Shown: positions 1 through 9,068, counted from the first letter of the stretch. The stretch is DNA of 64,000 bases from a virus (IMGVR_UViG_3300001605_000025:1-64000); one strand, 5' to 3'. Numbers and translations: made by a program. The notes: generated from the sequence alone by a model not told the origin.

Positions 1-88
1 ATACCATCCCAAATCATAAATTCACAATCTGCTTTCCCTTCCCCTCTGCAACATCGGTAAAAAGGTTCCCGCTGCTGTGCGTCGGGGG

Positions 89-253
89 TCATGGGATACC
101 TCTCGGACACTTCTTTAATTGTCTTGCGGTATTACAATGCCCGTATATTGCATCATTGTGTTTACACCTATTCCCTTGATATCCCGCCATAGCATTTTCA
201 TCATGATATTCAATATCTGGACATTCACGTTCCGGCTGCTGTGTGTCAGTCAT
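89..253 (-). CDS. small Cys-rich hypothetical protein (54 aa, hand-called, below ORF-track cutoff)
   Basis: ATG at 253 and TGA at 89-91. ATGA-type overlaps with both neighbours. Begins MTDTQQPERECPD. Confidence 0.3.
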   Translation of the reverse strand: MTDTQQPERECPDIEYHDENAMAGYQGNRCKHNDAIYGHCNTARQLKKCPRGIP

Positions 254-414
254 CGTTTCCACCTCGGGATAGCACCACGAGATTTATTCAAACATACTCC
301 ATGAAGATTGCAATATTTTTGCAATAGTTCGTCAGGAACCTTTTGCGGTATATCTTTTGGAAGACTTACTGAACATGTCATACTCGGACATAGATTACAT
401 ATAGCATCACTCAT
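250..414 (-). CDS. small Cys-rich hypothetical protein (track ORF 250..447 trimmed to internal ATG)
   Basis: ATG at 414 overlaps the stop of the upstream mini-gene (AATGAGTGA). Begins MSDAICNLCPSMTC. Confidence 0.35.
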   Translation of the reverse strand: MSDAICNLCPSMTCSVSLPKDIPQKVPDELLQKYCNLHGVCLNKSRGAIPRWKR

Positions 415-553
415 TGTTATCTCTCCGTTTCCGTTCTCGATCAACAATTCGTTTCTCAGATTCTGGTAATCCGTTATACCAGTCGTCCCAAAGTTTCTGA
501 CGTTCCTCCTCAGTCATCGGAGGCTTATTGATTAGCTTCTTAAAGTCAACCAT
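407..553 (-). CDS. hypothetical protein (48 aa, hand-called)
   Basis: Strong SD GGAGGTGA 4 nt upstream of ATG at 553. Natural-looking sequence MVDFKKLINKPPMTEEERQKLWDDWY. Confidence 0.4.
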   Translation of the reverse strand: MVDFKKLINKPPMTEEERQKLWDDWYNGLPESEKRIVDRERKRRDNNE

Positions 554-692
554 GAGTCACCTCCCGATTAAAGAAGTCCGGATCCTTCTTAAATATTGGA
601 CACCAGAAGATAACGATTAACCATTCAAAGAACGATAACCGTCCAAACTGCTGGCAACCGTTCACATAGAAGATACATCGTTTACATCTCAT
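549..692 (-). CDS. small CxxC protein (47 aa, hand-called)
   Basis: ATGA overlap with the stop of 689..877. Begins MRCKRCIFYVNGC, followed by a hydrophobic stretch. Confidence 0.35.
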
Positions 693-877
693 CGTTTATC
701 ACCATAATCGAAATAACAAAGTGTGCAACCTTCTCCATCCCATGCTCGACAACGATTACCGGGTTCAATATCGAATCGTCTAAACGGTACACCAACTCTA
801 CATACGGTACCGTTTCCAAAGATCCTAAACGGACAGTAAAGTCCACCCTCCCACTTCTCATCAACCATCTTAATCAC
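689..877 (-). CDS. Cys-rich hypothetical protein
   Basis: 62-aa ORF preceded by AGGTGAT SD. The competing frame 682..864 has no SD. Confidence 0.45.
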   Translation of the reverse strand: MIKMVDEKWEGGLYCPFRIFGNGTVCRVGVPFRRFDIEPGNRCRAWDGEGCTLCYFDYGDKR

Positions 878-900
878 CTAGCTCTTCGTCTTTAAAAAAT

Positions 901-1800
901 TTAGTTGGGTGAGTCTACATTCTTGAACAACGGTAACCCGTTATCGTTCACTGGAATATAGATTGCCTTCGGATTAGTCTTCATCGTTTCCAACCAATAC
1001 CACTGTAAGTACTGTTCAGATAACGATCCGGCGATAATCTTGTTCGCATCAGCGATACCTTGAGCTTCAGCTCTCATACGGTTTGATTCCATCTCCTGGA
1101 CACTAACTTCATTCTGCTTGGTCTTAATCTTAGTCTCCATATTCATCTGATCAGTTCGTGCATTCGTGAATTCAGGTGGAAACTCAATATTCCGTATATA
1201 GAACTGCTCAATCGTTATGGAGTCCTTAACCCCAACGTTGTTAATACGCTCACGTACAGCGTCACCCATTCTCTGTTCAACTAACAGTCTGTCTGCTCCA
1301 CCAGTACTTGCAGAATACAACGTCTTAGCATCATACTGAGACATTACATCCCTCGGCACAGTATGCATAGGGTCCCTAAGTACTGTCGTAATATAATCAG
1401 TTCCTACAGTCTTATAAACCTCTACGGCTTTATTTGGATTCAGATGATAGTTCATTGTGACACCAATCGTAGTCTTTAGGGCTTCATTAGATAGTCCAAC
1501 GATGGTAGCTACATCATTAGTCCCATAGTCTATGTACTTCTGTGTCTGAACGGACATAGGGATTATCCTCGTGAACGGGAACTTCAAGTGAAATCCAGGT
1601 TCAAGAACGTTATCGTTAACAGTTCCGAACGTATCCTGAATTCCAACATGTCCAGCTGGAACAGTTGTTATACAGTTCAATAGTAACGGTAATACTATGA
1701 ACGTCCCTATAACTCCAACAAAGAGTACTCCCAGTACTCTTAACGGTCTCGGTTCTCCATACTTATCTCGAAAGAATGATTGTCTCCGATTGTCTTCCAT
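901..1800 (-). CDS. SPFH / band-7 (prohibitin/HflKC-like) membrane protein
   Basis: N-terminal TM helix, then VPAGHVGIQDTFG...EPGFHLKFPFTRI, typical of the SPFH domain. C-terminal coiled coil. Confidence 0.75.
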   Translation of the reverse strand: MEDNRRQSFFRDKYGEPRPLRVLGVLFVGVIGTFIVLPLLLNCITTVPAGHVGIQDTFGTVNDNVLEPGFHLKFPFTRIIPMSVQTQKYIDYGTNDVATIVGLSNEALKTTIGVTMNYHLNPNKAVEVYKTVGTDYITTVLRDPMHTVPRDVMSQYDAKTLYSASTGGADRLLVEQRMGDAVRERINNVGVKDSITIEQFYIRNIEFPPEFTNARTDQMNMETKIKTKQNEVSVQEMESNRMRAEAQGIADANKIIAGSLSEQYLQWYWLETMKTNPKAIYIPVNDNGLPLFKNVDSPN

Positions 1801-1870
1801 GTCTACACCTGGGCTTTCGCCCAGATGTAAAGTGGACTGATAGGTTCGACCCTAATCAGCCCGTAAATAT

Positions 1871-2056
1871 CTAAGATCTCATTATATGACCAAGAAACAT
1901 TGCTGACAGCATGCCAACTCGTGGTCTTGAAGCAGTTTCTAGAATATCTAAACATTGTGACTTTGTTCGAACGTTCGGATCTCTGCATAAGTCAACTAGC
2001 GTTTGACATTCCATCACCTCTTCAGGTGTCATATTATATGCCTCATGAATTTCCAT
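1871..2056 (-). CDS. hypothetical protein
   Basis: 61-aa ORF starting 3 nt after the stop of 2059..2244. Same strand as the block. Confidence 0.4.
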   Translation of the reverse strand: MEIHEAYNMTPEEVMECQTLVDLCRDPNVRTKSQCLDILETASRPRVGMLSAMFLGHIMRS

Positions 2057-2058
2057 GT

Positions 2059-2244
2059 TTAATCCTCCCGAGTGTCCACCATAGTATATGGTTCACCAAG
2101 TTCGTTCAACTTTCGTTTCCAGAGGTCAATCTCCCGATCATCAATCTTAAACTCAAGTTTCGTCTTAGTCATTGTGACTATAATCGTCTCATGTTTTAAT
2201 CGTTCATTGATTGCTTTATCCAGATCAATATACTGCTCCGTCAT
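2059..2244 (-). CDS. hypothetical protein
   Basis: 61-aa ORF abutting its neighbours on the minus strand. Confidence 0.45.
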   Translation of the reverse strand: MTEQYIDLDKAINERLKHETIIVTMTKTKLEFKIDDREIDLWKRKLNELGEPYTMVDTRED

Positions 2245-2486
2245 TAGAACTCCTCTTGTCTAACTAATTCATATACCTCAATTACCACAGGTACTAGATC
2301 TCGTCCACATTTATTCGATTGTCTATTCAACTCCGTAACAATAGCATATTTTGATCGTCCAGACTGGACCATCTTTAGCACCGTAGTTAGTAACCGTACA
2401 TGAAAAAGTTTTTTTGTATCATCAGTTAGTCCTATCGCAACGATATTATCCTGCAGTACGATCGCAAGATTGTCCCTTTTCGTCAT
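2244..2486 (-). CDS. hypothetical protein
   Basis: 80-aa ORF in the operon-like chain. Confidence 0.45.
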   Translation of the reverse strand: MTKRDNLAIVLQDNIVAIGLTDDTKKLFHVRLLTTVLKMVQSGRSKYAIVTELNRQSNKCGRDLVPVVIEVYELVRQEEF

Positions 2487-2946
2487 CTAGTAGACTCCCG
2501 AACGTTGTGAATGATTTCACTGCGAACACACTCTGTCCCTTTCGTGAAACAGATTCCGGACTACTGTTCGGAGCAACAAAATTCCACCGTTTAATCAGTG
2601 AAGCTGCAATACCCGATACAATATATATTATATCTTCTCGTATTGGATCCGGTAATCCTTTGAACTCAGGTTTACCAACATACCGTTTAATAACAGTTCC
2701 GTTCGCAACGTATATCACCTGTTCCTTTTGTTTCACACGTAACGGAAAATTTGCAGGTGGATACTCTGCAAGTACCCGCCCGTCAGTTGCGATCCTCCGT
2801 ATAATGTGGGGTGTTTTATTCTCCCAACCGTTTATCTTCATCAGTCCATCTCCGAGCTCTCTCTTTAGCAGCTGGTATACCACCTTCAATGTATCCTTTC
2901 GTCTTGTGTTTACATTCCGAACATAAGTATCCAGTAAATGGATCAA
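2446..2946 (-). CDS. hypothetical protein (start uncertain: 2946 or 2841)
   Basis: 166-aa ORF that overlaps both neighbours. The internal Met at 2841 would reduce the overlap with 2816..3073. Confidence 0.45.
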   Translation of the reverse strand: MIHLLDTYVRNVNTRRKDTLKVVYQLLKRELGDGLMKINGWENKTPHIIRRIATDGRVLAEYPPANFPLRVKQKEQVIYVANGTVIKRYVGKPEFKGLPDPIREDIIYIVSGIAASLIKRWNFVAPNSSPESVSRKGQSVFAVKSFTTFGSLLDDEKGQSCDRTAG

Positions 2947-3073
2947 TTAATATCGTTCCATCTTCTTTAGTATGTGTGATCAATCCTTCAACGCATCCGT
3001 TTATCTGACTCTCCCGAATCAACGATCCACAACAGAAGCATACTGCTGTAGCTGGTAGGTAGTCACTTCTCAT
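2816..3073 (-). CDS. zinc-ribbon protein
   Basis: CFCC...C and CSEC cysteine pairs in an 85-aa ORF. Confidence 0.4.
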   Translation of the reverse strand: MRSDYLPATAVCFCCGSLIRESQINGCVEGLITHTKEDGTILIDPFTGYLCSECKHKTKGYIEGGIPAAKERARRWTDEDKRLGE

Positions 3074-3075
3074 AG

Positions 3076-3453
3076 TTATTCCTCACTAGTCTTCCGTCTT
3101 GTAATGTACCCAGCTACCACATCGTAGCCCCACGTATTCAACGTTCTTACTGGAATATCAGGGATTCCATATCCTGTCATTCGTAAGGAAGCTAAATTTA
3201 AGCACTGAATAAATACTTGTGCATCCAATCGATCGCTCTCTTTAGATAGTTGTCCATATGCTTCGTTAACCAACCGCCTTAGCTCCACGTTCGTTATGAC
3301 TTTCTTGTGTACACCCCAACACTGGTCTAAGGTGTTACCGTATTCCAGTCCGCATCCAGTACAGTAGCCAACCTTCTGGAGTTTATCTCTGTAGGCTTGT
3401 CGTACCACTGAATGGCAGAATGGACAGTAACCCATGATACGTTCGTTAGACAT
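3076..3453 (-). CDS. zinc-ribbon protein
   Basis: CPFC...CTGC motif at the N-terminus. 125 aa. Confidence 0.5.
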   Translation of the reverse strand: MSNERIMGYCPFCHSVVRQAYRDKLQKVGYCTGCGLEYGNTLDQCWGVHKKVITNVELRRLVNEAYGQLSKESDRLDAQVFIQCLNLASLRMTGYGIPDIPVRTLNTWGYDVVAGYITRRKTSEE

Positions 3454-3478
3454 AAACGATACCTCTCAGAGGTACCGT

Positions 3479-3832
3479 TTAAGCCTTCCGAACGATGTAT
3501 GCAACGTTTCCTTCCTTGATGATCTCGTAGTCACCCTTTTCTACTGCAGACCGGATAGATGAGTTCTGTACCCTGGTGTCTCCATCTTCAGTCTTCTCGA
3601 GACCAAATTTCAGGTCTACCAGGCGCTTCAATGTCGCAACACTGATCTTGTCTTTTCCAGCTGCAAACAGTTCATCACGGTACTCGCGAATCTGATCGGC
3701 AGATACACTTGCCTGTCCAGACTTCCGGACCTTCCTCTCTGCATCGATCTTGTCGTACAGATCTCCGAGTTCCATTACATCCGCATTTTCGATACTGGGT
3801 GCCGGAGCGCCCTTCTTGCTTGCTTTAGGCAT
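3479..3832 (-). CDS. Lys-rich hypothetical protein, possible DNA-binding (track ORF trimmed to Met39)
   Basis: AGGAGAG SD upstream of ATG at 3832. Begins MPKASKKGAPAP. The upstream part of the track ORF is low-complexity. Confidence 0.5.
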   Translation of the reverse strand: MPKASKKGAPAPSIENADVMELGDLYDKIDAERKVRKSGQASVSADQIREYRDELFAAGKDKISVATLKRLVDLKFGLEKTEDGDTRVQNSSIRSAVEKGDYEIIKEGNVAYIVRKA

Positions 3833-3870
3833 GTTTTCGTCTCTCCTGTTCAGGCCTTTCACCTGTGCTG

Positions 3871-3894
3871 CCCGGAAATGTTTCCGTTTCCGGG
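3871..3894. promoter_or_regulatory. intergenic hairpin (8-bp stem CCCGGAAA/TTTCCGGG, 8-nt loop)
   Basis: Perfect inverted repeat between the stop of 3912..4196 and the start at 3832. Confidence 0.3.
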
Positions 3895-3911
3895 TTTCAG
3901 CCAAATAAAGG

Positions 3912-4196
3912 TTATAAAGTAATAGGTACAGCTCTACCCTGTACAAATTTCATTGGTGGGGTTGCTCCCATTGCCTGGTCTATAGTATTCTTGATTATAA
4001 ATGCATCCTCTCTAGTGTTAGCTTTAAACACTATGTATCCTTCACCTACCACTTGGACTCTCCAATGATCGTAATGACTAACTCCATCATCAGGTGGAAA
4101 GATGATAATGGATTTTATTGCATCCACTCTCATCTGGTTGAAATTATGTCCGTTGTCAAACGCTATCATTCCAGTTGGTAATACTTCGATTTTCAT
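3912..4196 (-). CDS. hypothetical protein
   Basis: 94-aa ORF on the block strand. Confidence 0.45.
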   Translation of the reverse strand: MKIEVLPTGMIAFDNGHNFNQMRVDAIKSIIIFPPDDGVSHYDHWRVQVVGEGYIVFKANTREDAFIIKNTIDQAMGATPPMKFVQGRAVPITL

Positions 4197-4208
4197 AGAA
4201 CGATCCTC

Positions 4209-4487
4209 TCAGTCATGCTCAAACAGTTTCCTGAGCGTATCCCGTCTCGTTATACGGTCCTGGTCCTTCAATGCTTGCATCACAATGATAACTTCTATCT
4301 TTGTGAAGTTATCGTACAGGAGCTGTGCAAATCCAGACCTGCAGTCAGGGTACAATTTATCTTCGTGCCTAACAAGCCTGTTGTACTTCCTCATGATTTG
4401 TTCGAGACGTTCCTTGGTCATTCCCATAGCAATCGGATAATCATTGCTTTCATGATTCCACACAATCTGTTCGTTTTCTGGTTCCAT
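4209..4487 (-). CDS. hypothetical protein
   Basis: 92-aa ORF on the block strand. The antisense + ORFs are shadows. Confidence 0.5.
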   Translation of the reverse strand: MEPENEQIVWNHESNDYPIAMGMTKERLEQIMRKYNRLVRHEDKLYPDCRSGFAQLLYDNFTKIEVIIVMQALKDQDRITRRDTLRKLFEHD

Positions 4488-4495
4488 AGTTTCAC

Positions 4496-4660
4496 CTACA
4501 AATTATCTTCATTACAAATATCACATTCTTCAGGATCATTCCCATGAATGCACATATCTGGTAGTTGTTCATCATTCATTACATCTTCAAGTTCATCTTC
4601 AGGAAGACTTCCATCTTCCGTCATCAACGGAACAATTACTGATGCTATCAGTTCGATCAT
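4496..4660 (-). CDS. highly acidic small protein (54 aa, hand-called)
   Basis: ATG at 4660 directly follows the stop of the upstream gene. Contains MTEDGSLPEDELEDVMNDEQLPD...CDIC. Confidence 0.35.
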   Translation of the reverse strand: MIELIASVIVPLMTEDGSLPEDELEDVMNDEQLPDMCIHGNDPEECDICNEDNL

Positions 4661-4807
4661 CTAGCTCACCGTATCAGACCATAAATGAACATTGTTTAGT
4701 TCTTCAATCACATGATCAAGTGGTTCAGTCTCATCACTATAACTACAGTCTGCTCTGAGGTCCTCAAGATCAAGAATGATCCTTTTCAGTCTTGTGCTTA
4801 GACTCAT
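4661..4807 (-). CDS. small hypothetical protein (track ORF trimmed to Met20)
   Basis: AAGGAGA SD upstream of ATG at 4807. Confidence 0.3.
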   Translation of the reverse strand: MSLSTRLKRIILDLEDLRADCSYSDETEPLDHVIEELNNVHLWSDTVS

Positions 4808-5006
4808 GTTGTCTCCTTTCCTGGTAGATCTCAACCATAGCTTTTGCTCCGTGCATGAATGCACGTTGGAACAACTGCATCTGTTCCGGATCGTTGATTG
4901 ATTCGTTATTAGCTACGGTTAAGCATTTCATCTGTAATCTGATAAATGCAGTTCTCGCTTCATCACTTAATCGTTTTGATTTATCCAAATCATCCATTAC
5001 GATCAC
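4770..5006 (-). CDS. hypothetical protein
   Basis: 78-aa ORF whose start overlaps the stop of the AAA+ gene by 4 nt. Confidence 0.4.
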   Translation of the reverse strand: MIVMDDLDKSKRLSDEARTAFIRLQMKCLTVANNESINDPEQMQLFQRAFMHGAKAMVEIYQERRQHESKHKTEKDHS

Positions 5007-6196
5007 TCCATCGGTTCTTTAATCTCTTTGAATGCTTTCAGAATATTCTTCGTTGTTAACGAGTCACCGTAAATAATACAGTTCTCGAACGCAGCGCGGA
5101 TATCTGATCCGCTCGCATCTCTCAGTTCTTTACAGAGCCAATCAACATCAACATCAGCTTCGTAGCGTCCTGCATAAAACGCTACAATCATACGTCTCTT
5201 CTCATCTGTCGGCTTCTGTACTTTAATTGCAGGACCTAAACGTCCCACCCTCAGTAATGCTTCATCCAGATCAGCTGCTCGATTTGTTGTCGCGATGAAC
5301 TTAACATGTCCGATATCTCCAACACCATCGAGAACACGTAACAGCTTGAAGACTTTCTCTCTATCTACAGCTCGTGTAAGTCCGTTCTCATCAATCTCAT
5401 CCGCAACAATCAACGCACTTTTTCCGAGGAATCTCATCAGTTTATCGAGTGCTTTCACGAAGTCCTCCCAGGTATCCGAATCAGACCCTAACGGATAGTG
5501 TATCCAGTCCGGAGTTCTCCGTATGATCTCCTTCACGATCTCACTCTTTCCACAACCTGGGGATCCATGTAGTAAAATGTGTCGGTTGATCAATCTTGGA
5601 TCAGTTGTTGTAATCGTAGCGAGAATCCGTTCAATTGTTTTTTCCTCACCAACCAATTCGATACTACCCTCCTCAAGCGTCATGACTTTGCTGAGTGCTG
5701 CGAATATGATCGTCTTCAACGGTTCGAGAGCTTCCTTGTATCCGCTGATGTATAGCACCGACAGTATGTTTATCATACTCTCGTACTTTGAATCGTTCTC
5801 GAACTCGATATACGTTCCTGGTGGAAACTTCTCACATTGCCTATTCGGATCTCCATATACCCGTGAAGTTGTACTGAACCATCCACCACGTCCACCGATC
5901 TTGGTAGATATGAAAGGTCCACTAATACTAACATTAATGAACGGGTGGCACTTCAGATATTTCAGTGGACTATCGGTACCATCTTCATCATCATCATCAC
6001 TGATGGTCCTCATATTCTTTACTGGAGTTGTTATCCGGAAATATGTACCAATCATAGGTCCGAACATTCCTGGAGACATACCTACATATAGATTCTCCGT
6101 ATCAACGAGCTTCCCGATCACTTTGATCGCATCGTTGATTACTTTCATATTACTCTCCAGCTTTGTGGTTTTACCGGTATACGTTAACTCAGTCAT
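5003..6196 (-). CDS. AAA+ ATPase (classic Cdc48/FtsH-type AAA module) with an unassigned ~190-aa N-domain
   Basis: Walker A LLHGSPGCGKSE, Walker B LIVADEIDE, and second region of homology ATTNRAADLDEALLRVGRL. Confidence 0.8.
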   Translation of the reverse strand: MTELTYTGKTTKLESNMKVINDAIKVIGKLVDTENLYVGMSPGMFGPMIGTYFRITTPVKNMRTISDDDDEDGTDSPLKYLKCHPFINVSISGPFISTKIGGRGGWFSTTSRVYGDPNRQCEKFPPGTYIEFENDSKYESMINILSVLYISGYKEALEPLKTIIFAALSKVMTLEEGSIELVGEEKTIERILATITTTDPRLINRHILLHGSPGCGKSEIVKEIIRRTPDWIHYPLGSDSDTWEDFVKALDKLMRFLGKSALIVADEIDENGLTRAVDREKVFKLLRVLDGVGDIGHVKFIATTNRAADLDEALLRVGRLGPAIKVQKPTDEKRRMIVAFYAGRYEADVDVDWLCKELRDASGSDIRAAFENCIIYGDSLTTKNILKAFKEIKEPME

Positions 6197-6200
6197 CTTA

Positions 6201-6470
6201 TCACCTTATATGTCCTTTGATCAACACACCTTTCCGTCTTGGAGCCTTCCCGCTAACAAGTTTCCGTCCACATCCAGGTAACGGACACTTGTGATCTAGT
6301 TCCGGATGAGCCGTTAGATGTTGATAGGCCATGAATCCATGATCGTGATGCAAGTAGTAAAACGTAACGTCTATTGGTTTGTCCTCCCAATCAGTCGTTT
6401 CGTATATACGTGTTGTATCACTATCGGACTTCAGTTTCATCTCTTTAATACTGATAGTCATACGATACAC
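6201..6470 (-). CDS. His/Cys-rich hypothetical protein
   Basis: 89-aa ORF. The HHDHG...H...CPLPGC cluster suggests metal binding. It is not a clear HNH motif. Confidence 0.45.
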   Translation of the reverse strand: MYRMTISIKEMKLKSDSDTTRIYETTDWEDKPIDVTFYYLHHDHGFMAYQHLTAHPELDHKCPLPGCGRKLVSGKAPRRKGVLIKGHIR

Positions 6471-6625
6471 CCGTGTTTCATCAGTATATTCATCAGTTCA
6501 ACGGCACCTGTATTAAACGCTGCTTCGTACATCAAACGTTCACCGGTAGTTAGTGTGAATCCCAGATCGTTGATTCTAGTTACTCTCGCGGCAATTAGTT
6601 CTTCAGTTATCTGTTTTGCATCCAT
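6458..6625 (-). CDS. hypothetical protein (55 aa, hand-called)
   Basis: GGGAGG SD 7 nt upstream of ATG at 6625. Overlaps the next start. Confidence 0.35.
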   Translation of the reverse strand: MDAKQITEELIAARVTRINDLGFTLTTGERLMYEAAFNTGAVELMNILMKHGCIV

Positions 6626-6746
6626 TCATTGCCTCCCGTTCGTGTATCATCTTGTGGGCATCGATCCGACGTAAGCCCACACGTCTCCGTTCATCGGTAG
6701 CGATTAGGATCTTCGCTGTGCATATCGGACAGGTATATATTATCAT
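6603..6746 (-). CDS. small CPxC protein (47 aa, hand-called)
   Basis: ATGA overlap with the stop of 6743..7144. Begins MIIYTCPICTAK. Confidence 0.3.
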   Translation of the reverse strand: MIIYTCPICTAKILIATDERRRVGLRRIDAHKMIHEREAMNGCKTDN

Positions 6747-7144
6747 GGTATGATCCTGAAGTCTGGTAATCTCGTCGTTACCGCGGTAACGATTTTATCA
6801 ATATCCAGGCCTTCGCCATTATTGTTGATCGCGTGGTGAATTGCATGTTCAGTACATCCTTCTAGTTGACCAAGCTGGTAGGCTCTCAGTATTGCTACCA
6901 GTTTACTGAGGTTCTGGTGGCAAACATCAGAGTATAACAACCAGATCTTGTCCTCGTAAATATCGAGTGAGTCCATCATCAAGATGGCTCCGAGTCCACC
7001 CATTGAACGTGGATCGATAACATCACCCTGTTTAATCAGTTCGGCACATACTCGTACCGCTCCTGGGTTCCCGTTGCTCATCTTCATTATGCCATCGAAT
7101 GTTGTCATGTTCAAATCGTTAATTCTTGGGTTGTCGTATGACAT
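6743..7144 (-). CDS. hypothetical protein
   Basis: 133-aa ORF on the block strand. Confidence 0.5.
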   Translation of the reverse strand: MSYDNPRINDLNMTTFDGIMKMSNGNPGAVRVCAELIKQGDVIDPRSMGGLGAILMMDSLDIYEDKIWLLYSDVCHQNLSKLVAILRAYQLGQLEGCTEHAIHHAINNNGEGLDIDKIVTAVTTRLPDFRIIP

Positions 7145-7155
7145 GTTGTTACCTC

Positions 7156-7353
7156 TTAGTCTAATCGTTTAACTTTTACGATCTCCCTTAGATCTACATC
7201 ATCATGGTAACCACGCGGATCAGTCGCCATGTAGAAACACTCCACTACCATATCTTCAAATGATAGATCTTCTGGATTGATCTCCTGATAGTCAGCGATA
7301 ACAGGTCTCAGTCTCTCCAGTTGGTCGTCTGGTATCTCAACCTGGAAGATCAT
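7156..7353 (-). CDS. acidic hypothetical protein
   Basis: 65-aa ORF rich in D/E. Confidence 0.5.
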   Translation of the reverse strand: MIFQVEIPDDQLERLRPVIADYQEINPEDLSFEDMVVECFYMATDPRGYHDDVDLREIVKVKRLD

Positions 7354-7577
7354 ATAACTTTCGCTCCTAGAATCTCATACGCACGCTTGACATCGTCAAG
7401 TGTTGGAATTCCTTGGAAGTCGTTCAGTATTCCAGTCTCTGGATCTATAATCCAGTGGAACGTCTCATCGATATCAAGACTATCGATCTCAGTATCGGAC
7501 ATCGTTCCTACATCAGCATACAGTACGTTAGCTATCACTAACGGATTGTATATCCTTGGGTCTTTCATTTCAGTCAC
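7350..7577 (-). CDS. acidic hypothetical protein
   Basis: 75-aa ORF with a 4-nt overlap to its downstream neighbour. Confidence 0.5.
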   Translation of the reverse strand: MTEMKDPRIYNPLVIANVLYADVGTMSDTEIDSLDIDETFHWIIDPETGILNDFQGIPTLDDVKRAYEILGAKVI

Positions 7578-7580
7578 CGT

Positions 7581-7820
7581 TTACTGGTATTTAGTGCCGT
7601 ACAGTCGTACTGCTGCTACTCTGGTAATCTTATCTTGAACACTACCAACTTCACGTTGTAGTGTCACATATCTTAGTACAGCCATTTCAAATAGTTGATC
7701 CTGTTGTGGAGTTGTTTCACCAAGTATTGATTGTATGGTGTATTGAGCAAGTACGTTCGCTAACGTGATTGAAAGTAGTTCGTCAACTGTAAATTCCATG
7801 CTCACTTCATGATCCCTCAT
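7581..7820 (-). CDS. hypothetical protein (track ORF 7581..7865 trimmed to Met16)
   Basis: ATG at 7820 lies just after the stop of the hand-called zinc-ribbon gene. Confidence 0.45.
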   Translation of the reverse strand: MRDHEVSMEFTVDELLSITLANVLAQYTIQSILGETTPQQDQLFEMAVLRYVTLQREVGSVQDKITRVAAVRLYGTKYQ

Positions 7821-7825
7821 ATTGA

Positions 7826-7951
7826 TCAGTCCCTCCGATTCGGGTAATACCGTTCCGTTTTGCAATCCTTACACTGTACATGTTCCCCACCCGTTCTGGT
7901 ATTACGTACCGTCACGTTGGTGGATCCACACTTGTAACACTTGTTATGCAT
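7826..7951 (-). CDS. zinc-ribbon mini-protein (41 aa, hand-called)
   Basis: GAGGT SD. Contains CYKC...CKDC. Confidence 0.35.
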   Translation of the reverse strand: MHNKCYKCGSTNVTVRNTRTGGEHVQCKDCKTERYYPNRRD

Positions 7952-7969
7952 TGAAACCTCGTTATATCA

Positions 7970-8119
7970 TTACACTTCGGCTACCATTTTCATTAGTGCT
8001 TTGTCCAACTGTTGGTCATCAAGCTCTCCATTTTTTGCTAACTGCTTCAAGAAGGTTGTAGCACCTTCTTTAGTAGATAGATTGAGTTTCATGAACTCAT
8101 CAAACTGTTTCGCTTCCAT
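7970..8119 (-). CDS. hypothetical protein (49 aa, hand-called)
   Basis: AAGGAGA SD. ATG at 8119 lies 2 nt after the upstream stop. Confidence 0.4.
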   Translation of the reverse strand: MEAKQFDEFMKLNLSTKEGATTFLKQLAKNGELDDQQLDKALMKMVAEV

Positions 8120-8120
8120 G

Positions 8121-8519
8121 TTACGTCTCCTTTGGTTCCCAATCCCTCGGGTGTATATGCCTCGTTATATCGTGCACAACACCGTCATCGGTGGTATACT
8201 GTGTCAGTAATGTATCGCCAGTCATCCACGTTGTCTTCGAGTCGAGATACTGTGCGTTGAACAGTTCTCCAATTAGATCGTCCATTAGTACACAGATTAA
8301 CGTTGCCTGGTCTTGCTCGACTAGCTTGTTCAGAATCTTGCCGATCTTAGCTTGTGCCTTATAGTACGCTTTTCGATTAGCAAGTGGATACGTTGCATCG
8401 TTCACATCGAACATGTTGTGTTCCCACATGTTGGCTAGCTTCTTTATCTGATCAACGTGTAGTGACCGGTTAACGATTGCCTGGTTGAGCATCGTTTCAG
8501 ACTTCGTATATCCAGTCAT
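8121..8519 (-). CDS. hypothetical protein
   Basis: 132-aa ORF. Confidence 0.5.
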   Translation of the reverse strand: MTGYTKSETMLNQAIVNRSLHVDQIKKLANMWEHNMFDVNDATYPLANRKAYYKAQAKIGKILNKLVEQDQATLICVLMDDLIGELFNAQYLDSKTTWMTGDTLLTQYTTDDGVVHDITRHIHPRDWEPKET

Positions 8520-8809
8520 ACGTTCTCCAGTAGCTTTTTCTTATCGTTGTCAGACACCCAGATCTCGTTATGTCCACACGATCCCTTACACAGATACGGG
8601 TAACAGTGTTTCACTGCATGACAGGACATCTCAGGTACATCTGGACATGTTTCGTTCATTAACGGACATCGAGCGTCATCCCAGAACCTCATTACTTCTT
8701 CGAGGAAATTAATCCTACGTATTGCCCAGTCTGGAACATCATTCCAGTCACCAGACAGATGATCTGCATATCCGTCCGGATACTTTGGCTGTACTTTTTC
8801 ACGGTTCAT
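8516..8809 (-). CDS. Cys-rich hypothetical protein
   Basis: 97-aa ORF with 4-nt overlap coupling. Confidence 0.5.
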   Translation of the reverse strand: MNREKVQPKYPDGYADHLSGDWNDVPDWAIRRINFLEEVMRFWDDARCPLMNETCPDVPEMSCHAVKHCYPYLCKGSCGHNEIWVSDNDKKKLLENV

Positions 8810-9068
8810 TTGGTCTCACCGACACTACGTTTGTTTCATACTCCCAGTCATACTGAACATACGTGCAAGGAATTAGTGCATTCTTACACGCTTCAGCAAC
8901 CTTCTCTTGAAGGTTTGCTTGTGTACATCCTTCTATCCGAAGAAGCATTCCCTGGACGAACACTCTAGATGCATCAGTGATTATTGCACCGTAAACTTCT
9001 TCCAGATCACCATCGTGATATTTTGTACCGTCAGATACAAAATATATCGTCATGGTATCGCACCCCAC
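8799..9068 (-). CDS. hypothetical protein
   Basis: 89-aa ORF. Confidence 0.45.
   Translation of the reverse strand: MGCDTMTIYFVSDGTKYHDGDLEEVYGAIITDASRVFVQGMLLRIEGCTQANLQEKVAEACKNALIPCTYVQYDWEYETNVVSVRPNEP

Noticed and set aside
5523-6281. 252-aa + strand ORF (and similar ones at 2414-2926, 6318-6674, 8984-9403, 49395-49916)
   Set aside because: It is antisense to well-supported minus-strand genes (AAA+ ATPase, RNR and others). Its Ser/Pro/Leu-rich low-complexity translation is typical of shadow ORFs, and no SD is present.
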